A program made the translations under genes and the position numbers. From Eremomyces bilateralis CBS 781.70 (lineage: Eukaryota): DNA of 49,552 bases. The stretch lies in the NCBI GenBank assembly GCA_010015585.1, contig ML975172.1. The stretch is one strand, 5' to 3'. Positions 34,084 to 45,647 of this stretch are shown here, one piece after another (the first letter of the stretch is position 1; every line of letters starts with the position of its first letter). The notes below the pieces were generated by a model. It searched no databases, was not told the origin of the DNA, and was given only the letters and a program-made list of their open reading frames with translations.

Positions 34084-35118
34084 AGCTAACACGACGCACG
34101 GAAAGGTGATGGAGAGTCGAGGTTGCGATCATTCGCAGCGAGTGAGAGGGGTAAATATAGATACTGATCTTCAATTGTATCTCCGATATCGCCGCTGGGT
34201 CTCCAATTATGAGGTGGTATAGGAAATATCAAAACAATCACTGAACAACTGCAGCATAGGTCGATCGCAGGCGATACTTGCAATTAACAACCTTTTACGG
34301 CTTGAAAAGTGGCTTCGGTTCTGTTTCGAAAGGTTCAAAGTCGGAAACTGGAGCTGGCGGGGGGTGAAGCCGACTTGCCACCTCATAAAAGCAGCCACCA
34401 AGACTCCAAAAATTAAGGTCTGCCATTGATACCTACTTGTCTGGAAATAATGAGGTACGTGTAAGTAACATGCGGATTTTATATTCATGGTAGAGTAAAA
34501 CCAGTCCGTTTTAGGTGTACGGTAGCAGCGATTCAGGGTTGTGCCTAACTGTAAGCCGATATCGATGCCTGAACAGTGACTAGAACATGTTGGGACTTGT
34601 AAGAGACTTGGAAAAAAGAGTAGGACTCTGAAAATTGTTAACGTCAATCGTGGCCTACCAGAGCCGTTGGATATTCGCCCGCTGAGAGTTCTCGATTCAA
34701 TAGGTTCAGGGTATCACGAGCAGGCCGAAGGCGGTGGATCCGCGTCTAGAATACAACAATTGCATAGCGAGCCTCTCACTTGAGAAGGACTACCTTAGTC
34801 CTTAATAAATTTGCTATTAGTGTTATACAATAGTTAGAGCATACGGCATCTTCAGGTAGAAGAGAGACGAGGCTCAATGTCACTGGTTTGAAAGAGGGCG
34901 GTCAAATATTCCACATGGTGCTTTCTAATGCTGTGTAACTAAGGGGATTCCTGCTAATTTAGATGTCAAGCAAATCAATGAACCAGATTTGAGTGTGAAT
35001 GCTATGTGATGTCTGTACTAAAATCAAGAGATAAGGAGGGCATACCGATACCTTCCCCCTCCCTGGCCAGAGTTTTATTGGCTGGGAGTGAAACTAACTT
35101 GATTCCTACAAGGCCTAG

Positions 35119-35705
35119 TTATAACCAAATGCTTCTATTTGGGTTGTCCCTTATAAACCGATCACCGATGGTGCCAACAGCCTGTAACTTCCCCGGTCTA
35201 GGACATGGACGCCATGTTTCCCCCGTATTACTATCCCGAAGCTCAAGTCCAGGGGCATCACTAATGATCACCCTAATTTCGACCTCATCATCGTGCCCTA
35301 AATTAAACTGTTAATTCCTTGAGTTCTGAGTATACAGTATGAGTGACGTACAGTCGAATCCGTTGTCTTTGGCTGTTATGTCATACCTGACGAAAATTGA
35401 AGTTCGTCTTTCCTTCGGTCCGTACCCTGTACCATATGGATACTGAACGCGGCCAATTTGCTTAGGTAGCCCAAACTTTGAAGATCGGACACCACACTCT
35501 TTTCGATACGTTCTATGATCTTGTGCGCCTCGACAAATAAGTGTAGCACCTCCTCGGAAACATCAAATCCGGTGAAAGTCCGCCACCCCGAGAAGCAAAA
35601 CTCATCATACCCAAGGCTTCGGTGAACTGGCCAGGAGAGGGTATTCGCCCAGCTTATATATCCCACGAAAATACGTGTAAGTCTCAAAAGGTTGCTCAAT
35701 GGCAT
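35119..35705 (-). pseudogene. Possible degenerate 2OG-Fe(II) oxygenase remnant
   Basis: The - strand frame at 35295-35119 reads HDDEVEIRVIISDAPGLELRD..GETW..P.PG...TIGD, resembling HxD-x9-D-x-PGLEV...W...IGD. It ends in TAA before any distal His. The upstream ORF 35376-35705 ends at a GTATGA donor but does not splice in frame. Confidence 0.3.
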
Positions 35706-36766
35706 TGAACGAATAAGTATAGCCGATTTGGGGGGTGCCTTCGATCATCACGTAGCTAGATTCTCGACGTTGCTTGACTTGGTACAGGGACAGGAGGGCC
35801 CACTCTGAATATGCCTATACCATAAAGCAAGTAATCTTTAGGAAGTTTAATGTTACATTTTACAAACCAATTCCATTGCGGGTCTTATGGTCAAGTTTGG
35901 TGATACCGAGGTCACGAATCCGGAGGAGGATATATGGAAGGCAGCCTGGTCCTCGATGTAAACGCCTGATAATATATTGAAGAAATCTTGAGGTTTAATG
36001 AGGTGTCCAGGCTCTCATTAGCTGCAAGAAGAGAAGCATAAATAAAAGAAACCGAACGAGCGCTTGGTGTGACGGTGGAGGGGTTTGTAAAAAGACAGAA
36101 TGCAGTTGATTCAAAGGGTGTACGACATTTCAGTTTCCAACACTGGATACAATGGTGCAGTAATACAGAATATATTGGATCAGAAACATAAGTGGCAGCC
36201 TAGGTATCAATTCGGGTGTCATGTCTCGGACGGCGGGTTCAGCTAAGTCAGCTGCTTGCCCAGTCTCTAACACACTCTTGGTATTTTTGGTCGGATTTCA
36301 GGGGTTGAAGATTATGAGCACCAGAGATACAAACTCTTAGTCCTGTTTCAATGTGCAACACTTAGGGGGGAAACCACTTCGAGAACAAACAAACGGTTTC
36401 GAGGTGAGACATTACCCACTGAAACGACTGACAACGATTAGACAAAGAATAAGATAATAACCCAAACCACCCGAACATGAAAGGCAAGATGTCTCCAATT
36501 ATGAAATTCTAGATAGAGCTACGTTCTCTATATCGTAGCAATATATTCCATAGACTTCAACGAAAACTTGGTATGCAGACTCGTTGACTTGTATAGCATA
36601 GATAGGAGGCGGATGGACCCCATATACTTTGATGTGTTTCTTCCTGCCCGCAGCTAATGCCATATTATAGTCCGATGGAAATAGAAAATTGATCTGGTGC
36701 AGATAATAGACCTGCTGTAGTGACCCGTAAAATTTAGATGACGTTTGACGGGAAACACGGATACAA

Positions 36767-37037
36767 TGTTATGGTCCCGGGCCTGTGGCCTGGGCCCTTG
36801 AGTATGGCTGACGCCACAGGGATGTGGCTAGTGGATGGCATGGAGGATTATCAAGGAGATAGTCATATGGGAGCTATGTGTTAGGACGGGCTGTGTTAAG
36901 GAGTTGTGTTAGGATAGCAGAGAGAAGAGTTTATATCTCGCGCACAGAGGCGCTGGGAGATTCCTTCCTTCTCTCTCTTCAGTTTAGATAAATGGAACTT
37001 GGTAATCGCAGACCTTGCGCATCCAGTCCGTGTCACA
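36767..37037 (+). mobile_element. Solo LTR (~270 bp) of an LTR retrotransposon
   Basis: TGTTATGG...GTGTCACA termini and homology with the LTR at 1-185. The flanks read TACAA / CACAA if the end is 37035 (a 4/5 TSD match). No adjacent gag/pol or PPT was seen. Confidence 0.8.
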
Positions 37038-37530
37038 CAAGTTCTTTTTCTGAGAAGTTTGATGGTTAGTTTCGATTCGATTAGTTGATGATTTGGGTGC
37101 ATGGCAAAGGAAGGGTACGGGTGGCGGCTTCAAGACCCGTAGCTCTACATTCTGCTGGGTTTTTTGCATACGCATTATGCCGAATGTAGTGCCGAATGTA
37201 GTGCATTCTAGACCACCTTGGGAGCATTTGGGCCAACCACTCAGGAAAATGAGCCTTGACCAGGTGACCCAAAAGAATCACGTTCAACTAGTCTAAAGCG
37301 TAAAGAGCTAGAGGATCGGATACACTGAAGGTGTGCTTCGTTTTTGATACGACCAAGCCAAAACTTCTCGCCCAACCGTGATCTCCCAAGCACCGGAGTG
37401 GTTTCTTCCATCCGCGCATATTGAATGAATAACCAGAAGCATTCCACCCGATTATCCGAAAGAGTACATAAGCCCAAACAAACAGGAGGCATCCCTGGCC
37501 CGATCCAACGAAATCAAATTTTCTCCAGCA

Positions 37531-38529
37531 TCATAGCGTCGTCCCAAACAACTCCAACTCCCTCGCCCGCTGCTTAATCTCGATATCATCCGCCGTAACC
37601 TTCCCATGATCGAAATACGCCTCCACTTCCGACTCATCATCAATCGTCGCATGAGTCCCTAGTCCACTACGTCGCCCGCTCTCAATAAGCCCTAGCATTG
37701 AGTCCCGCGGACGGATCACCACCGGCCCAGGGACCATTCCATAGGCCAGTTGCACCGAGCGGGGGATCAGTGCGCGCTTTAGCAGAAACGTCCCGCCCTC
37801 TGAAGATCCCGTGCTGATGCTGGCTACGTCGGTTGACCTAGAGGTGCTGCTGCTCTCTCCAATGGAGTTATTGTCAAGAATTGGTATCCCGCTGGCCGCC
37901 GGAGTTCCAGAACTGGATACTTCTGACTTAACAGGAGTCTTCGCTCCAGGAATCCCTGGCGTCGGCGTCCCCGGCCTCGAAGGCGTCGCATCGCTAGGAA
38001 CCTCCTCCGGCATCTCAGGCACTCCCGACGTCCTCGGCGTCCCACTCATATGCGCCGACCCCGTCGTCCACGTCCCCCACGTCGCCCTCGACGCCCGCCC
38101 CTTCCCCTTCCCAAACTGCAGCCTCACCACCCGAACCGACCAATAGCTCATCGGCGCCACCGTACTCCCCCTCACATCCCAACTCCGCGGCGGCTGCCAG
38201 TCCCGTTCCGCCCTGAACGGCCGAAACATACGATTCCGCTCGCCCCACTCCTGAAAATACCTCGCGTTCAGCAGACTCGGATCCGCGTCCTCGGCGAGGT
38301 CGCACATGAAGTTGCGGTACGCGGCTTGGTTGTTTTTTTCTTTGATCTGCGCCATGTAGTCGAGCTGGACCTTCTCGGGGCGGCGGAGGGGGGACTCGTC
38401 GTCGTCGTCGTGGGGGCGGAAGAGCTTGTCGATGCCGGCGAGGAGGACGCAGAACATGATGGCGGTGGTGATGCAGATGGCTATGACGGCGGCGGCGCTG
38501 ATTTTCATTTCTTGGCGTTGGCTGGACAT
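37531..38529 (-). CDS. Hypothetical protein with an N-terminal transmembrane helix and Ser/Thr/Pro-rich tail (possible unmodelled in-frame intron)
   Basis: 332-aa ORF with a CCACCATG start. The TM segment ISAAAVIAICITTAIMFCVLLAGI is followed by a QLDYMAQIKEKN helix. Confidence 0.7.
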   Translation of the reverse strand: MSSQRQEMKISAAAVIAICITTAIMFCVLLAGIDKLFRPHDDDDESPLRRPEKVQLDYMAQIKEKNNQAAYRNFMCDLAEDADPSLLNARYFQEWGERNRMFRPFRAERDWQPPRSWDVRGSTVAPMSYWSVRVVRLQFGKGKGRASRATWGTWTTGSAHMSGTPRTSGVPEMPEEVPSDATPSRPGTPTPGIPGAKTPVKSEVSSSGTPAASGIPILDNNSIGESSSTSRSTDVASISTGSSEGGTFLLKRALIPRSVQLAYGMVPGPVVIRPRDSMLGLIESGRRSGLGTHATIDDESEVEAYFDHGKVTADDIEIKQRARELELFGTTL

Positions 38530-39165
38530 GGTGGGGAGTTAGGGGACTGGCAGAGTGAGTGTGGCAGTGGTGGTAGGGGATGGCTAATCGTTTCGCCACG
38601 AGGTCGGGTTGTGATGGTAAGGCCGGTTGCTTTCGTCGCAGTCAGTGAGAGAATGCCGTCATGAGGTAGAAGTGTCGACGTACGCTGATTTCGAAAATAC
38701 AAACTTGGCTCCTCTGCAATGTTTTGGTGAAAAATCCACGGATTCACTGCGCTGGAGCGCTCCGCGTTTGCGATTTTGAGGGATGGAGGGAGCAAACAGA
38801 AAGGACGGGAGCCAAAATGAGAGAATGATAGAAGAACATATACTGGCGGCGCAAGAAGGGTGGTATTCACTGAGGCCGGTGTCGTGGTGTTATGGTGTTG
38901 TGGCCGTGTGCCGGATTGCGTTAGGGTGAAATCAAGTCGTTGAATTGACGCTCATAGCATGATTCAACCGCAGCAGTCCGCCTTGTTCATATTGAGAGAA
39001 TGTCGGGTTGTGTCACTGGTTAGGCCAAGGATAGGAGAGCGATGCTGTGATTTCACGGTGCTCTATAACGAATATAGAGGAACATAATAGATGGGGAGGA
39101 ATCAGGGGTGCAATAACATCCTAGGCCAGGTGTATCAATAAACTTACCGTTAACCCACCAGATCC

Positions 39166-41029
39166 TTAACTCTTATCCTCCCTCCCTTTACCTCCCCTTG
39201 CCTCCGCCTCATTTGACTCCCCCACCTCCAAGTCCTCCCCCTCCGGCCCCCTCGCCGCCACCATCTCCAACTCATCATCCGAACTCATATCCAACGGCTC
39301 CTCCTTTCCCCCCACCTTCCCCACCACCTTATTCACCACCTCCTTGACCCCCTTCGCCGCCTCCCCCGTCTCCTTCCCTGCCACCTTTCTCACCCCCAAC
39401 CCCTGCTGTTCATCCTCCCCTTTCTCCTCCGCCCCCTTCTCCATCACCTTCTTCTCCGCCGCCCCACTGGGCACCCCTAGAACCTCCTCCGCCACCTCCT
39501 CATCCCGCGGTGGCCGGTCCGGCGACTCTTCCGGATGCGCGCCCCCCCGCCAATCGGCGGCGACGCTCCCGCGCACGGGCTCGTCGGTTCCGGGTTCGGT
39601 GACGACGGTGCCGGGATATGGGACGGCGCGCCAGACGATGGCGACGCGGTCAAGGGCGCGGGAGCCCTTGCGGCTGGAGCCCTTGATGCCGTCCATATCG
39701 TCCCAGTCGATTTCGAAGACGCCGTCGGTGAGCGGGCCGGCGGGTTTGGCTGCTTTGTGGGTAGCTGGTTTTGACTGTGTGCTCGGGGTCGAGGGTTCCG
39801 TCGGGCTCTGGAGTGGAGAGTCGGGGAGCTGCTTGGTTTCGGTATCGGAGAGGGGGGTGGAGAAGGGGTTTGTGCAGCGTTCGGGGCCGGAGCCTTCGAA
39901 GAAGCAGTTGAACCAGACGTGGGCGACGGAGGTGACGAGGGTGAGGGTGCTGGTGGAGGCGGGGTGGCGGGTGACGGCGAGGTTGACGTCGGAAGTAGGG
40001 AGGATGAGAGGTTCAGAGGGCCGGAATATTGCTGCGGCGCCGTCTTTGGTCGTATCGGTTGTGGGCGCGTTGGATGGTTGGGTTTTTAGTGAAGGGTCGG
40101 GGGACTTGATTTGTGGAAGGGAGGTGTTGGAAGTGGTCGTGTTATCTGTGGGCGCTCTGCCGTCGCTTATAGAAGCAGTCTCGGGGGTATCTTTCCCGTT
40201 TTTCTTGTTGCCGCTGATGAATTCGTATGCAAGGTCCGCGAAACTGGTTTTCTGGATTTCACCGGAGACAATTTCCCGTTCTTCCCGGGTGAAAGTGTGA
40301 AACGTCTTGACCACCTTCCCTTCATCAACGAACCCTCGTACAGATACCTTGACTCCATCTCTTAAACCCCAAACATGGACCTCCAAAACTTCTATTTGTC
40401 TTTCAATGTAGATCTTCCCGTGATTCGTCCATCGATCGACGTACGAAAGACACCTCAGCTGCGACGGAATCGAAACGCCTGCGCCGAATCCCGGCCGCAT
40501 TCTCCGCGCGGTGAATCGCTGCAGAGCATCGTCCAGAGTCCATCCTTCTTCTGCGATTAAATATGCGCAACTCGACGTGCCGCTTCGACCCTTGCCAGCC
40601 TTGCAATGAACGACGATCACTCGCTCTTCATCCTCGTGTAACCAATTGCGCATGCTCGCGACAATCCTCGGAATCAGCGCGAACGGTGGCGGATGGTGAT
40701 CGGGCCATGGGAAGTGCCATACGCGACCGTACACCTCGTCATCGGGGTAGCCTGTCCCTTCGGCGCGGAATTCCCATATTGCCCACTTGTCTTTGTGTTT
40801 GGAGTCGAGGAATTTGACAAGTTCGTCGAGTGGATTGCGGTAATATCGCTTTGGATATGTCCCGGAAGGACCTGACGTTGCGATGATGCGATCGGTCACA
40901 TAACAGAGATCGAGACCAGCTTCAGGGTGACGGGCGCGCGGACTAGCGACGATTTGGCGGAGAATTGATGCCTGTTGGGGGTTAGTGATACGATCCAACG
41001 GAAAGGGATGAAGTTGATGGTGATACCAT
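39166..41029 (-). CDS. TEP1: PTEN-like phosphatidylinositol-3,4,5-trisphosphate 3-phosphatase (ATG on a separate mini-exon; intron 41026-40972)
   Basis: M|ASILRQIV...LDLCYVTDRIIA, YRNPLD, WPDHHPPP, the PTEN signature HCKAGKGRSG, GVSIPSQLR and HVWFNCFFEG. Confidence 0.93.
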
Positions 41030-41398
41030 AAATGTCTAGTACATCAATGTCTAATATTTTAATATATGCGACACATACCGCGACCTGCACATCATGTTAT
41101 TCCAGTGTGTTACTCCTGACAGGACGTCCATCGTCTGCTGAAGGCACGTGTTTTTGACTTTTGAGGCTCTGGTGATGACGTCGTTGGTGGATCCCTGCAA
41201 AAGCTTGTCTTCGCTCGTCTTCTGATCTCTCCTCTCTTTCATCGTCATCCACTTGATAAGGTAGTTGATACTGTATACAAGTATCTTCACATACCATTCA
41301 ATTTGTCATTTCATTCGCTTTCATTCAGAAACGGGGTAAAGCAAGCGCCTATAGCAAGGCTGTCCCACCAACAGTCCTCAACCAACACGATCACCAGA

Positions 41399-42294
41399 AT
41401 GTCGTACGCAGACGCTGCTGCCAGTGGGCCGAAGCAGAGTCCAGATGAGGTGAGTTACGCGACTCTTACTTGAGATACTTATGCTGACTTATAGCCAGGC
41501 GTAAGTTCTAAACTCTCCTTATCGCGCGATGAACCTTTCCACTGTGCCTAGTTCGTCATGTCAATGGTGCAAACATTGTGGCATGATACACCCCTGGCAA
41601 ACAGCCTCGCCTCGTGTCACAAGACCTATTGCCCTCGTCCAAGGAGATAGTGTTAGCCATCAAGAAAATTGCGAAATGGCTATATCTATGAACATTCCGA
41701 GCGGCGAGACTGCACAAGCGTTATCCCAACATACCCATCCGCAAACACGGCTAACTCCTCACTATCCAGTCGTGCCCCCGCCGTCCCTGAAGTCGCCAAC
41801 ACCGAATCCAGCACTCAATCCCTCATCGACGTCGACAGCCCTCACATCTCCTCCGTCCCCTCCGACTTCGAATCCCAGTCCGTCAAGACCGACACCCAAG
41901 CCAAGCGCCTCGACCGCGAAGCTGAAGCAGACGAGCTACGCGCCGAGACCGCTGCCAAGCAGGCCAAAGAGAAGGCAAATGCGAAGGCAAAGGCGGCGAA
42001 GAGCAAGGCCGGCGGCGCAAGCAAGTGCGTGAGGGAGAACGCGGGAAATCCGGTCGTGCTTGGGAACTTCGTGGCGCTGGGCGCGTTGGGGACGTTGCTT
42101 GGCATCGGCGGGTATAGGAAATACGTCTCGGGAGAACTTTCGTGGAAGGTTATGGGGATCAGTGCCGGGGCCGTGGGGCTTTTCGCTACTGGGGACTATT
42201 TCTTGAGCAAGTACGTGACTATTTCCCAGTCGATGAAGGATGATGCTAATAACGTCGTAGATATCTTTTCAAGAAGTACCCGCCGAAGAAATAA
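41399..42294 (+). CDS. Om14-like mitochondrial outer-membrane protein; exons 41399-41449, 41499-41500, 41770-42210, 42261-42294
   Basis: MSYADAAASGPKQSPDE|A|RAP...SLIDVDSPHISSVPSDF, an Ala/Lys-rich helix, two C-terminal hydrophobic segments (NPVVLGN...; WKVMG...DYFLSK|YLFKKYPPKK). All three introns have GTRAGT/GTACGT donors and GCTRAY branch sites. Confidence 0.8.
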
Positions 42295-42892
42295 GGGTGC
42301 TGATGTGGATGGGCCAGCTGTTTTGTTCTTTTGATGCAATGATTTATCTCTACTCATAAAGCCTTGCTTCGGTTCTGTTGAAGCAATGCGGTTGGCGTTT
42401 CAAGTAATATGCAATGTAACATTCTCCAACATCTCGCTCTGAACCAACATGCAAATCGCGACCTCTTCTTACCTAGATGCTCCGTGGTTGATATCTCCGT
42501 GACCTAGCCCTGAATCTACCCGCCCCCCAATGTTGTCTCCTTGGTCTTTATACTAGACGCTGCTTGCCCCAAGATGTGGAGACTGAATGATATCCAGAAC
42601 CAGTCGTAGGACATGTTTGCCCCAAGGTCGATTAAGACGGTGTTGTCTCGTATAGCCCCCTAGGCTATGGCATTCATGTGGTATCAGTGAATGAAATCAA
42701 AACAAACACCCGATAAGTTTACTCCCCCACCAACCCGCCACTCCTTGACAAGCGAAGAACTGGCATCGCTGACACTACATGCCATTGCTGGGTCATTTGA
42801 TGGACAACACTGACATCACCTGAAGTTATTCAGTTCGGACTTCGTACCATTTGTCAAAACTACCTTCATCTCACGCATCTACCATCCTAGCA

Positions 42893-43008
42893 GCGACCAC
42901 TAAGGGAAATGCCATATCATTGCGGGCACTTGTTACTGAGGGAACTTACCATTGAGGAGACTTGTCACTGGTGGCACCCATCACTGAGGTCACCTGTCAC
43001 CGAGGGAA
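42893..43008. repeat. Degenerate 16-bp minisatellite, 6-7 copies (consensus ~CYTGTCACTGAGGGMA)
   Basis: Units start at 42913, 42929, 42945, 42961, 42977 and 42993, an exact 16-bp period. A seventh, displaced copy starts at 42893. Confidence 0.75.
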
Positions 43009-45647
43009 TGTTTCAAAATGGGCAATATTAGGGATTGTATCTCGCTCGAAGTCCGCTGGCCGAGACATCACTCATCAACAGTTAATCATTTCATTTGGCT
43101 TTCGGTCAGAGTTTTGGTAAGCTGTATGTTTTAGGTTGTGGGATTTTTGGTTCATTAACATTTTGCGAGTTGGCTTCTCACTTCACTGACAACACAACAG
43201 CAACATTGCGGAACTTTTGGAATTTCCCAGTGACGGTTCATCCTGAGGGCTACCGTCTGAATCCAACCAGTGGTATATCAAAATCGAGCGGGCTCATGGT
43301 CAATCGCTCTAGTTGTGACGTTGCTTTCTTAGTTGGATTTCACACAGCATCGAGGGAACTTTGTGACACGTCCAATGATGAGATTCCTCTCTTGAGTTTG
43401 AAGGAACTCTTTTGAGTGTCCAATGAGTATATGTTACACACTCTGAGGACCGACCACGATTGCACATGTCGGAAGCACACATTGAGAGCACCGTGTATAA
43501 GCTATCCAGGGCGCATCACCGAGAGTCCTCTACTGAAACATCCCATGAGCGCATCGTCTTTGGAATATTGTTGAGCGCGCTTTTCCGGAGTGTCTTCAAT
43601 AATCCCTTCGGCGGTGCCTCGTTTCGGCAGGAACACGCTGGATATGGTCTCGACCTGTGCAGGCGAGTACGTCCCGGCGGACTCCACCGAGTGAGCGACT
43701 TGATTCCAATCGGGCTCGGCCGAGCGGGCGACTGTCCATCAGGAAAGCGGATGGGCAGCATGAATGGTTCCTGCTAGCTGTGCGATATATAGGGCCCCGG
43801 TAGTAGCATCGTCCGGCATAACTTGAGTCTTGGACTTTCGTTGTACTGTCCTCTGTACGATACATGGCAGATCTGGGTGACCAATTCTATCATCTGTTCT
43901 TCTTGCCACTGGCTGATAATTTTTTAGGGAACTCTCCGCTTATTTCTCGAGAAGTCCCATATCGGGGAGTCTTACACTGTGTCCATGCAGATTTATGCAC
44001 TGAATCGAAACAGTGGCAGGCTAGCTGATGTACTGACGAAGCCGTACTTCTGATATCAAGTCTTGCAGATCCTGGTCTGTGACAGTCCGACATGCCCTGT
44101 CTCACTGATATTAGCAGGTTCGATGCTGCACTTTTCCTCCGCGGCAAGCATGCCGTTCGGGCAAATAGTCAGGAAGCACAAACCATTTCCGGTCAATTCT
44201 GGCTGAAGCGGGGCCTTCTACAGGATGAAATCAAACAAAATCGCTATTGGAATGCTCTGAGTGCTCATTTTAGCACAATAACCGACCTCAAACGCCAGAT
44301 CTGAGATTATGCCTTCAGTTCCACAGACAACTTTCCCATACCTTGATCTAACTTAAAGCATTAGCTGACTTAGTAGTAGCTAGCCAGTACTTCGGGGATG
44401 CCGACTACGGTGGCATTGGCAATTGTGTGTAGGGTGCGCACAGCCACTGCGGACCAAAGGTGCCTTTGCTGTTGCGATTGAAGCTGGGAGCCATAGCATA
44501 GCCATCCTCCGAACGAGTGGTTCATTGTGCACAGGTCCTGCATCCCCGGGACTTGACTGGTCATCCTCTCGGAGTATAGTTTCTGAGGCAAGTTGTGATA
44601 GAGAGACTCTACCATTCCCGACTGAAAATCTAGAGCCTGATGGTGCCTATATGTCGTTTTCTCATGAGTACCTATGAAAGCACGATGATACGAACAATAC
44701 AGAACTAAAGGTTTGTTTTTCATTTACATTTCTACTTAGTTGGTGCGACTTTGTGCACTCCTCTTTCCTGAGCCAGCTTGTTTCTGCTTGACTGTGGCTC
44801 AATGGTGGCGTCCTGCTGCTGTTGGCCACGTTCAGACAAGATCCTCAGCTGCTTTGGATGTCAATTGAAATATGAGATACTATACTATACTCCGTAATGG
44901 TATTTGAGTGCTGTGGTCCGTGCGAGGCCCATCAGTCTATTCGGCCATCGATGAAGCCCTGTTCCATTGAAACAGGTAGAAACTTGACATTCAGGTCGGT
45001 TTGATGTCTGCTCCTCTCTTGTAGGGCCGTCGAATGTCTTGTTTCTTTGACCTTTCATTGGGCGACAGGTTAGAGATCATTCGCGCGTCAAATAAGCTGA
45101 AGAGCCTAATGATAACTAAAATAATCACTACTTCTGAGTGTTTACAAAGGCACAAAGGAAGATAAAATATTCAGCGTCTGCAGGTTCAGCAATTGTTTGC
45201 GTTTGAGCAATTGAAGGGAGTCTTGAGAAAATTTCAGCGTTGAAGCTTGGAAAGATTTGCAATATCCATATGGTATGGATGGCTCGCTGTTTAAGGCGGG
45301 GATTCAGAGGAGAGCCAGCTAGGGGGATAGATGCCAAATTGAGCTGATGGTTATTTTTCTTTTTCTATCAACGAACTCATGAGATCTCGAATTCTAGATT
45401 GCGTCCCAGCCCCACAAATTTCCCCGTATTCGGGATCCCCGGATCTTCCGGTTTGTTTAGCGTCATCATGGAGAGAGGAAGTTGCTTCAGCTGAACAACA
45501 AAAACAATTGAAGCCCGTCTTTGTGTCAATGTCAAATACTGAACACGGTCTTCTCTTCCTGAAATTGAAATACCTATAATTAGTGTTGGAGTAAAACTTG
45601 AGTCCCATAACCGCTCATTGAAGCTTCTTGACGACCGGGAAACAATC

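Noticed and set aside
34636..34830. Second solo LTR (TGTTAAC...TATACA with AATAAA)
   Set aside because: No target-site duplication and no similarity to the two supported LTRs.
37178..37204. 12-bp tandem duplication TGCCGAATGTAG (and the 11-bp CTGTATAGATC duplication at ~2505-2530)
   Set aside because: Two-copy slippage duplications with no further structure.
43460..44723. Protein-like short ORFs in the gap before GH43
   Set aside because: They may be relics, but I found no recognisable motif, consistent strand or splice model.
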